DNA of 63,660 nt, counting the filler, from Octopus bimaculoides (Eukaryota), in the NCBI RefSeq assembly GCF_001194135.2. It is 7 parts of 5 records of this genome, joined end to end, with 100 filler letters (N's around TTAATTAATTAA, not from the genome) between each part and the next. Parts side by side here need not be neighbours in the genome. Positions count along the whole stretch, not along the records: positions 1 to 12,520 come from NC_069004.1; 6 more parts are not named here. One strand, written 5' to 3'. The stretch's first letter is position 1; each line of letters opens with the position of its first letter. The notes below the pieces were generated by a model. It was not told the origin of the DNA. It ran no database searches and saw only the letters and a list, made by a program, of their open reading frames with translations. The translations under genes were made by a program, and so were the position numbers. This document shows positions 1-11,100 of this stretch, piece by piece.

Positions 1-53
1 AAAAAAAAAAAAAACGAAAGAACGCAAGTGGGACCAAAGTGCAGAATATAAAC

Positions 54-103
54 CAAGCGTTTTTCAAACTGTGGGTCCCGACAAAAAAGTTTGAAGAACA
101 CCA
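54..103. mobile_element. Tiny hAT/Charlie-like MITE remnant
   Basis: Imperfect terminal inverted repeats gcgtttttcaaact ... agtttgaagaacac around a gggtcc core. Confidence 0.35.
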
Positions 104-271
104 ATGTAGCTAATACCTTGCGCTATATACATGGAAATTTCGAGAGTCATTTACAAATTTGTGATTCTTCGCAGTCCTCTCCCTTCCATTCCAAGGACGG
201 ATAACTCTGACAACGAAGTACAAAGCAACACACAAACGCAGAGAAGCGAGTATCATCATTAAAGCAATAAG

Positions 272-892
272 GGACGTGAGCCGACAGAATCGCTAGCAGC
301 CGGACAAAATGCTTAGCGGCATTTCTTACGGCTTTAAACAGTCCGAGTTTAAATTCCGCCGAGGTCGACTTTGCTTGTCTCGGAGTCGAGAAAGTAAGTA
401 CCAGTTGAGCACTGGGGTGTCATTGTAATTGACCAGGCTGACCAACCCCTTTTCCCGAAATTTCAGGCCTTGTGACTAAAGTAGAAAGGATTAAGGAAGC
501 GAGCGGGCAGAATTGTTAGCGCGTCGGACAAAATGCTTGATGGCATTTCTTCTGGTTTTATATTCTGAGATCAAATGTTGCTTTGATGTTGACTTTGCCT
601 TTCATCCCCTTTGGGGCCAAAAACATAAGTATCAGTTGAACACTGGGGTCGATGTGATCGACTTACCTACCTCCCACCAAAATTTCAGCTTTGTGCTTAT
701 AGAAGTAAAAAAAAAAATTATTATTATTATTATTATCATCATGAGGGCAGCGAGCTGGCAGAAACGTTAGCATGCTGGGTGAAATGCTTAGCGCTATTTC
801 ACCTGGTACCAGTTGAGTGCTGGGATCAATTTAATCGACTATCCCCTCCTGCCAAATTCCAGGCCTTGTGCCTATAGAAGAAAGGATTTACA
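272..892 (+). mobile_element. Three tandem copies of SINE family A (approx. 272-490, 495-710, 743-892)
   Basis: Repeated module ggtgagctggcagaa-cgttagc...aaatgcttagc...gagttcaaattccgccgaggtcgactttgcc...gtaccagttgagcactggggtcgat...aaatttcaggccttgtgcct, with a B-box-like GAGTTCAAATTCC. Confidence 0.85.
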
Positions 893-919
893 TCATTATT
901 AATTTTTTTAATTTTGGTC

Positions 920-1100
920 GTTTGGTTTGATAGAAACAGGAGCAAAATCGCCCTCAAACTGTACCTGAATGTCTTAAGGGAAAAAGAAACACACTGGATA
1001 ATGTAGATGTACGTACTATTGAAAATAAAGAATAATGGTGATAATTGGAATACCTTTGATCAAAGCATTGCAAGACCAAGGTTAGGGTTAGGGTCCAAAT
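920..1100 (+). mobile_element. Dispersed repeat family D fragment (related copies near 22520-22710 and 52870-53095)
   Basis: Shared tagaaatagcagccaaatctcc...gatggtcacgg-tggaatgcctttgatca module across the copies. Confidence 0.55.
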
Positions 1101-1176
1101 TTCAATAACAACATCTACAACTAAGACATACAATAAGAATAAATGAGATCACAAAAGGAAATGTTAATTACAAAAA

Positions 1177-1182
1177 TTTATT
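1177..1182 (-). terminator. Probable polyadenylation signal AATAAA of COMMD7 (3' UTR about 560 nt)
   Basis: Plus-strand tttatt at 1177-1182 reads AATAAA on minus and is followed by a T-rich tract. It is the first such signal I noticed downstream of the stop. Confidence 0.5.
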
Positions 1183-1721
1183 TAATTACTGAAGCTCTGT
1201 AATCATATATATATATACATACAAACACACACATATATATATTTATATATATATATGTGTGTGTATATATATATACATTCATATATAAATTATACTATAA
1301 ATATATATATTCAAAATTGTGTTGTCCAGGTTATTTGTTAAGGCTTGTCTGTTCATCCTCCAACATTTACATACGATTAAGTCCATCGTTAGCAGCATTC
1401 ATTTACAAACCCTTAACAGAATCAGTACCAATCTTTGGCTATCTGGTGCACCACCACCACCACAACCACACCCACCACCATGTTCTGGGGCAAACTGGAA
1501 CCTTTGCCAGACGTGAGTAGGATATATATGTATAAACATTGCAGTTTTCTTCATGATGTAACCACGGTAACAGCAGAGGCAGAATAACAGTGAAGTGGTA
1601 CCATTTTGTATAGCAATGTTTCCTACCAGACATTTTAATGTGGTAGTGGTGGTGGATGTAGTAGTGTTGGTGACAGCAATGCTAATTTAGCAGCAGTGGT
1701 CACAGCGATGAATGGCCAGAG

Positions 1722-1798
1722 CTAACTCAACATTTCCATGCTGGCTTTCGCACGTTCCATCTCGTGAAGGAATGAATAGAATTGCTGAAGGCTGAGCT
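1722..1798 (-). CDS. COMMD7: COMMD7 terminal coding exon 9 (ELSLQQFYSFLHEMERAKASMEMLS*)
   Basis: Poly-T tract then tgcag| acceptor; TAG stop at 1722-1724. Confidence 0.96.
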
Positions 1799-4700
1799 CT
1801 GCAAAAAAAAAAAAAAAAAGATTCAATGAGGCTGCAATGGTAACAACAATAACATTAAAAGCAACAACAAGAAAACTGTGTGATTACACAGGGTGTCCAG
1901 AAATGAAATACTGGGGTTGACATGATCGACTAGTCTCCTCCCCCCAAAATTTCAGGCCTTGTACCTTTAGTAGAAAGAATTATCATTCTTAAGGTGGTGA
2001 GCTGGCAGATGAAATTAGAAACTTCAGCTGTGTTCATTTTGAGATTTGTTGTTAAATCACTTATGGAAAAAGAGGGGTTAGGATAAAAAGAAAGGTTTAA
2101 AAGGAAAGACATAAATTAACCCTTTAGTATTTAAACTGACCCCTATCTGACCCAAAATGTTCTACTGTTTTTATGTTCAAACTGGCCAGATCTGGCATCT
2201 TGCACCTACCCTACAAAGTCATGCTCAAAATATACAATCAGATCAGTGAAGTCTTGAAGCTATGAGATAATGCATGATTAATTGAAAACGATGTGAATGG
2301 ATAAGGAATGCGTTTGATGGAGTGATCTGGATGCTAAAGGGTTGAGGCACGGGTTTCTAAAAGGAGGATTCACAGAAGAAAAAGAAATACAGGAGTTGAT
2401 AAAGAGAGAAGTATTTTAAGAGAAGTGGAAAGACTCACCCATGTATATTGTGTTTAATTCTCCTTTGCCATTACTGACAACAAGTTTCAACTGAAAGGAA
2501 GCGGAAAAGAAGGAATAAAAATCAATTATTGACGAGTGAGAGGAGAGGGGGAACAAAGAGGCAGAGGGGGAGACAAGTAGTGAGAGGGAAAGAGACAGTG
2601 AGAGAGGGGAAACAGTGAGATAGTGAGAGACTAACAGACAGACACAGAGAGACAGGAGAAAGAGAGAGAGGGACAGAAAGAGGGGGAGGGAGATAGTGAG
2701 AGACACAGAGAGGGATAGAGGGAGAGGGAAAGGGACAGTGAGAGAGGGAGACATCGAGAGAGGGAAACAGTGAGAGACTAATTGACAGACTCAGACAGAC
2801 AGGAGAAAGTGGGAGAGGGAGATAATGAGAAGGGGAGAGGCACAATGTGTTTCCCTTCAAAATGAAGACCACAAAAATGGACAACCACAAAATTCGTGGA
2901 AACAAGGTAGAGAGGATTTCTTACCTGTATAAAGGTGTTGCCGACTTTACTGAGCTCACTACTGGATAAGGTCACTGGCAACAAGAAAGGGTTCGAATGT
3001 TAGGGTTACGAACATCAAATGGCAAAATAAGGGGTCATCCAGATTTAAGGACATCCCTCACATCCCAACCTCTCTCGTAAACACACAAAAAAGCACATCA
3101 GCACTTCGTCTCACATTGCTCTGCAATCACATTGACCCCTGATGTGTGGCACACCTGTTGCACCTGTTCAGATAATGTTGATTTGATTGAGGGAGTGAGC
3201 TTATATACAGGACATATATATATTTGAACCCTCTCTAAACAAATCCTTCTGTGTTGGTTGTTCAGCAAAAAATTGCAGAACCGTCTTTCTTGGACAACAA
3301 GAGACTACCATCATTATACATATAACTATATATACGTCTGTGCAATGACAGTTGTAAACGAGTGTCACTGTTATACAAGTGGGGTCATTTGCTGCCAATG
3401 TTCTGTGAAAACTTGTTCGGTCAAGTGGGAATAATACGAGATGAGGAGTGGATAGAAAGTGTGAGAGAGATTGAAGGAGATCAAGATTAACAGATTAAAC
3501 AAGTCAAATAAAAACATCTGAAGACCTTTGGCAAAAATGAGCTGAAATACTGGAGATTAGAAAGAAATGGATAAACAGGAACAAATGCCTTACCTCCAAA
3601 TTTCCAATCCATGTCCACTAATTGATTAACCATCAATGTTTGACCAAGGGCTGTAGCAGATAGACTGGCCATATTCTTCTTCCACTACACAAACATGGAT
3701 ATAAAAAAGAAAAGAAAGAAAATAATGAATTTCCTGATTTTGGTTTGGAATTTTATAAATGATAATGAGCTGGCACTGGTGCCATGTAAAAGGCACAGAT
3801 ACTGGTGTCGCATTGAAAGCATCCAGTACACACAGTAAAGTGGATGATATTAGGAAGGGCATCCAGCCATAGAAACCCTGCCAGAACAGACAAGGAGCCT
3901 GGTGTGGTCCCTGGCCTTACCAGCTCTTGCCAAGCATGTTTGAGCAGCTGATGATGGGAATGCATAAATGTTATGCCCGGTTGAGTTAGTCTCGTTTGTC
4001 CTTCATTCTTGTATGAGGCATGGGCAATATTTACAAGAAACTGGCAACATGAGATATGGTTTGTGAAGCTGACCACACTAATGAAAGAATTAAAAGCAAT
4101 TTTTTGTTAAGCATGCCATTCAGAAGGTCCCCATGGAACACAGGTTGTCCAGGATTGCCCTAAACCAGTGGTTTCCTAACTGGGGTCCACATGAGCCTTA
4201 GTGGTCCATATAAGATTTTGCTGTTCGTTTCTGTGAAATCAATTAGTTATACTTCTATGATACACAAAATATTTTAACAAATTTTTTTCCCCACAATTCC
4301 TAATAATCTTTAATTATAAAAATATAATAAGATCTTTTTAAACACCAAATGGCTATGAGGGTCCAGCAGAGTAGAATAGGGATCAAAGGGGTCCATAGGT
4401 CTAAAAAAATGGATGAGAACCTCTGCCCTAAATAAACGTGTAAAGATAGAAAGCGTAGATAGATATTTACCTGTTCTGTAAGGTATTCAGCTTTCTCTTG
4501 TGACAATCCTGCAATGAACAATATTTAGTGTTAGACACGAGTGTGAGAGAAGGCAGCTCTGCGTGAATATTCAACCAGCAGAGACTGTGAAATGAAATAC
4601 ATAAAATAAAATAACCTTATGTGTCTTGAAGGTGAAGTAGGTTTTTCATGCTTCAAGCAGGGGCCTCGTTTTCAAGAAAATTCCTGACCCAAACATTACA

Positions 4701-7700
4701 AGTCACTTCTATTCACAAAACACAAAAAATATTTTATTTAGAAAATTTCATTAAGATTTTAACTGATGCAGATTTTTACAAGTTTCCTTGAAATTTAGGG
4801 GTTTTTTTGAGGTTGACTTTTGTGTCACAGTGTTGTTGTTGACGACTGACAACAACCGTTTTGAGATAGTGTTGGTGCTGATACTAGTGAACTGACAGTG
4901 ACTTGTACGACAGTGGTGTTACTAATGATCTAACAACAGTTCTGTGACTATTGCTGTTGTTGTTAACAAATTAGTGAGTGTGACCAGTGAACTAACAAGT
5001 GTTGTGTGACAGTCTTGTTGCTGTTACTAAGAGACTAACAACGACTGTTGTGTGGAGGTAATAGTGATGCAGCTGAACTAATTCACCATCACCCATCTTG
5101 ATCCCTCTCACTACTCCTTTAGTGAACCTACAGCCTCATTACTTAACCCCCTTAGCGTCTAGTTGTATCTCTTAAACCACAAGATGATCTCAGAGACGAT
5201 GTTTGACTTTAAGTTTCATGATATGAAGCAAAGTAGAGAAAACTCCAGCTGATAATGCGACGACAGACTATTTATTGTAGGCAACATCTTCAGATGATAG
5301 CAAGCTTCTTATTCTGGCCAACAACTGAATTGTCCTCATATTTTTTCCATGCTGGAATTGTTTATAATAATAATTATAAAATATACATTAAATAAAAATA
5401 GATAAAAAATATTATTGCACATAATTTATGGAAATTTCAGTAAATATTTACCAAGACTGATTAGTTCTTCTTGAAAGGTGGCTGGTGCCACACCTCTTCT
5501 TAAAGCATCTGGACAAAGAAAGAAAGAAAAAAGTTAAATTATTATTATTATTATTCTTGTGGTGAGCTGGCAGAATCATTACAGTGCTGGGCAAAAAGCT
5601 TAGCAGTATTTCACTTGTCTTTATGTTCTGAGTTCAAATTCTGCCGAGGTCAATTTTGCCTTTCATCCTTTTGGGGTTGATAAATCGAGTACCAGTTGAG
5701 CACTGCGGTTGATGTAATAGACTATTCCCCACCCACCCCAAATTTCAGGCCTTGTGCCTGTAGTAGAAAGGATTATTATTGTTGTTGTTGTCCTGCTGTT
5801 CACCTGGTACAATGTTATAAGATGCTGATGATATATATATATATATATANNNNNNNNNNNNNNNNNNNNNNNNNNNNNNNNNNNNNNNNNNNNNNNNNNN
5901 NNNNNNNNNNNNNNNNNNNNNNNNNNNNNNNNNNNNNNNNNNNNNNNNNNNNNNNNNNNNNNNNNNNNNNNNNNNNNNNNNNNNNNNNNNNNNNNNNNNN
6001 NNNNNNNNNNNNNNNNNNNNNNNNNNNNNNNNNNNNNNNNNNNNNNTTGACTGAGGCCATGCTGGAGGACTGCCTTTAGTCGAACAAATCGACCCCAGGA
6101 CTTATTTTTTGAAAGCCTAGTACTTATTCTACCGGTCTCTTTTGCCGAGCTGCTAAGTTGCTGAGGATGAAAGCACACCAACATCAGTTATCAAGCGATG
6201 GTGGGGGAACAAACACAGACACACAAATACATACATATATATATACATGACAGTCTTCTTTCAATTTCAGTCTACCAAATCCACTCACAAGGCTTTGGTT
6301 GGCCCAAGGCTATAGTAGAAAACACTTGCCCAAGATGCCGTGCTGTGGGTCTGAACCCGGAAACATGTGGTTGGGAAGCAATCTTCTCATCACACAGATA
6401 TATAATATATATATATCTTTTCATTCAAAGCTGATGACTCACTCTAGTCATTGTCCAAATATAACCACTTCAGGCACAGAGTGCTTTTTCTCTTGCAAGC
6501 ACAAACACTTCGGCTAATAAGATTCTACTTACCATTTGGAATCGTGATCAGACTCTTAAAGACAGACTTCAAAGCAGTAAAATTGGCTCCATTTTCTTCT
6601 GCGAATGTTTCCAGTTGTGTGAAGAGCTGGGAGGACTAACCGAAAAACACAAAGAATGATGTCAACAACAACAACAACAACAACAAATAATAATAATAAT
6701 CTTTTCTACTATAGGCATAAGGCCTGGAATTTTGGGAGTAGGGATAAGTTGATTAGATCAACCCCAATATTTAACTGGTATTTGATTTATCAACCCCAAA
6801 AGGGGTAAAAAGCATTCATCATCATCATTTAACATCCATTTTCCATGCTGGCATGGGCTGGACGGTTTGAGATGGAGCTGTCTAGACTCCAGTTGTCTAT
6901 TGTGGCATAGTTTCTACAACTCAATGCCCTTCCTAATGCCAACCATTGAACAGAGTGTGCCAGATGATGTGCCACTGGCAGATCGAGAAAGTAAAGTCAG
7001 AAGAAACACCCGCAAAGCATTTTGTCCAATACAGTAATAATATTTCCCATAGGCTGGACATGTTTTCATGGAAGATTGGAAACAACACTGCTTGTATGAT
7101 GGTGACACTTGTTTACAACTATCATACAATATCAAGAGAAGACACACACACACACACACATGATGAGCTTCATTCCAAAACCATTCATAAAGCTTGTAGT
7201 AGAGGACACTTGCCCAAGGTGCCATGCTGTGGGATTGAACTCGAAGCCACATGGTTGGGAAGTGAGCTCCTGGAACCACCAAGCCACACTTGTCCATAAA
7301 ATAATGATATATAATACTAAACACCTCAGTGGCACATAAAAAGCACCCACTATACTCTTGGAGTGGTTGGCATTAAGAAGGGCATCCAGCTGAAGAAACC
7401 TTGACAGAACACATTGGAGCCTGGTACAGCCTTCTGGCTTACCAGTCCTCAGTCAAACCATCCAATCCAAGCCAGCATGGAAAGTGGATGTTAAACGACG
7501 ATGATGATGATGAAAAAATAATTAGGGTGTGAAATCTATCCCATTTAAGGTCCACTAGGAAAAAATGTAGATGGGTGATTTTTATGTCCGGGAAACCAGA
7601 AAGGAAAAAGAATAGAAAGGTGGGAGATCTATCTTGTTTAAGGTCCAGCAGGAAGGAAATAGGGGAAGTTTAATATGCTAGGGTCTATTAGGTAAAAAAA

Positions 7701-8134
7701 AAAACCTGAGGGGGGACTTTTGAAAGATGGAGCTACTTTGATAGGGCTTGGTGAAAAATTAAACAGAGGTGAGAACTGGCTTAGAGCCCGGTGAGGAAGA
7801 TGAAAATTTATAGGGTGAGCTTACCTTATTAGGATCCAGAAGAAATGCGAACATCATTTGAACTAATTGTGAAAATTGCTGTAAAATAAAGAAAATATTA
7901 AAACCGACAGAAAATTAAGAAGAAAAATTAATGGTTTCTTGCCTTTTTTTAGGCAGGATTTTAAAGATTAAGGAAAAGAGGGTAAAAATTAACACAACTC
8001 ATGGGTTGTTTTCAGAGCAGAGACCAGATTTAAAAGCTTGTGATAGAATGGCTTCTACTCAAGGTACTCATAGAGTGAGTGGTGATGGAGATGTTAGTTG
8101 TGGTGGTAGTGTTGACCCAAGTAACAGATTAAGA

Positions 8135-8176
<42 letters not shown>

Positions 8177-11100
8177 AGGGTAGGCAGAAAACCAAACCAA
8201 TATTCATGTTTCTGGGTCAAACACTAAGTTCGATAATGCTTCAATCTTTTATCTTTGACTCGAATAATTTCATTTGACTGCGGCCATGCTGGTGCACCAC
8301 TTTGAAGGGTTTTAGTTGAACAAACTGACTCCACCCCCACCCCCCACACACCGCCAATACTTTTTTTTGTTTTTAAAGCCTGGTACTTATTCTAATAGCT
8401 TCTGTTACTGAACTGTTAAGTTACAGGGGATATAAACAAACCAACACTGGTCGTCAAGTGGCAGTAGAGGAAAAGCAAACACATATATTCGCTTAGTTTA
8501 TTTTAGGCAAAAAGCCTTGTAACGTGTGATTGAATGATTGATGATTGATAGATAGATATGAAGAATGGCGATAGATAGGTAGATAATCAGATGAAGAGAG
8601 GTTGGAGAGATAAATGTGAAGAGATAAAGAGAGAAAGAGCGATAGAGAGAGAGAGAAGCAGTTTAACTAGCGTACACATACCCTTCTACATAAATTCATT
8701 TATTTCTGATAACCCAATTATGTGCTTTATTGGAACAACTAAATAAACACAGGTAATGATTAAAAGGAAGGGAAAAGAAATACATATAAGAAGTGAGAGA
8801 GTCTTCAAAAAATACATATAGATGTGTTTGAGCGTATGTAGGGGCGGTATTCATAAGCTAGGCTGTGTGTTAATATTGTAGTAATTATAAGGCGGTGAGC
8901 TGGCAGAAACGTTAAAACGCGAAATGCTTAGCGTTATTTCGTCTGTCGTTACGTTCTGAATTCAAATTCCGCCGAAGTCGACAAATTAAGTACCAGTTGC
9001 GTACTGGGTCGATCTAATCGACTGGCCCCTTCCCCAAAAATTTCGGGCCTTGTGCCTATTGTAGTAATTACTGAACCGTTATGACGCAGAGAAAAGGGTC
9101 AACGCGAGGTTAATTTCTAATTTCCCTCCACGAAACCTCAAATCATGGCGCACGTGAATCTGTATAGTAGTTCTTCTTTAACAAAGCTTGGTTCCTCCAT
9201 TTAGATAATTTGAAAGTGGGAATTTCACAGACGAACAGATGATACCTCTGTAGCGGCAACATACAACACACTATATATATAAAGAGAGAGATTTGAAGCT
9301 AAGCTTCACTCTGTCGGTACTTCGATTTCCTTGTTATTTCATCAAGGTCTAATGGTAGAAAATTTGTCATGTTTAGAGATGTAGGTTCGAATCCCACGGG
9401 TAACCTTCACCTTTTTCCATCCAAGGAATTCTTTTTAACCCAATATTTTCACGCCTAACGATTTATTTCTTATAACGTAAACAAACAACACACACACAGA
9501 CGTATTCCCTAAGGTCAAAGGTATGCGTGTAATGTATACAAAAGCGATATCTGTCTGACAATCCAAACATAAATCGGCGGAAAATTCCTCAGGCAAATAT
9601 CAATGGTGTTACATTCGCTTTAATAGATTCAAAAATAGCTTCCTTCATGAAAAATGATTCTAAAAATAAGTTTAGAAACCGATCTTAAATTTTTGAGAAA
9701 AACGGTAAGAATGACAAAAAAAAAAAAAAATCCCATCTCATCTAAATTAGTTGATTTTACTTTTAAAGAATGTATTCATGCGATAAAATATTTCATAAGT
9801 TTTAAATTGCAAGAAGCGAGCATTTCTTTAATTTATTGAGCAGCAACAAGTTAGATAACTCTAATGGCGCATTAAGAGACAGGTGTCTGCTAATTTCATG
9901 GTACAGGTAACAACATCGATCTTCTGGAATCTTTAGTTCCAAAGCTTTTCCGGATTACCGATTTTTCTGAACGAGGGATGGTCACTCTGGTCAACATATC
10001 CTACATTAAACAAATATTTAAATTTACTTAAATAATTAAATGAAACACAGGAACCTGTACATCAGAGTAAATCAGTGCGGATTATAAGAAGATTCGGGGC
10101 ATCTGTGCCCAGAAAATCGGTGTTGTATATGTAATAGATTTTGGACAATTGATACCATAAGCATTTTTTCAACACCCAGTATTGCCAGCAATGAAGCACA
10201 CTATTTCGGAATCTTTCCTCATTTTGTCTAAGGTGCCACCGCAACGTGGAATCAAACCTGGTTTCTCTAAACCGGGTAACCAGACCGGTAACTTGATGCT
10301 TATAAACAGACATGTTTACATCGAACGAGACTGGATTATTGTGAATGAAAATATAATTGAGTGTTGACCAGGATAATTAACTACTTTTGAACTGCTAAAA
10401 TTTAAAATAACTTTTGTAATTAAATATACAAAAATTTTAATTACAAATCGAAAAAATGGCAACAGCATTCTTTTGACTCGTGATCGCAAATTGAAAATAT
10501 TGGCACTATTCAGCAAATGTCCAAGGTAGACGTGTCAAACGAAACGGTAAAACACCCTACTCCTTTTTTTGAATTCCCGTTTTCAAAAACAGAGATATTC
10601 TTGCCACCCACCTTTAAAAGCTTCTCAGATTCCGCCCCCTCCTCCCAACATTCCTAAATTTAAAAACTTTTTCCATGAAATTTTTGAGCCTCCTGCATTA
10701 TATATCGTTCACTTTTAATTCGTTTCCGTCAATAAACCGCGACCATGCTGGGGCAACACTTTAAAGAGTTTAGTCGAACAAATCAACTCCAGAACTTTTT
10801 TCAAAGTCCGCAACTTATTCTACCGGTTTCTTAGGCCGAACTGCTAAGTTACGGGGACGTAAATAAACCAACACCAGTTATCAAGCAGTAGTAGTGGACA
10901 AACACATACATAGATATATACAATGGCCTTCTTTCAGATTCAGTCTACGAAATCCACTCACAAGGCTTTTGTCGGTCCGGAGCTTTAGTAGAAGATACTT
11001 GTTTAAGGTGCCACGCAGTGAGACTGAACCCGGAACCGTGTGACTGGGAAGCAAACTGCTTGCCCAAAAGGTCATGCTGATGCCTGTATTTTTCACTAAT

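Noticed and set aside
1330-1512. Plus-strand exon-like segment with His/Pro-rich ORFs
   Set aside because: It falls in the inferred COMMD7 3' UTR on the opposite strand; the His/Pro runs come from a (CAC)n repeat.
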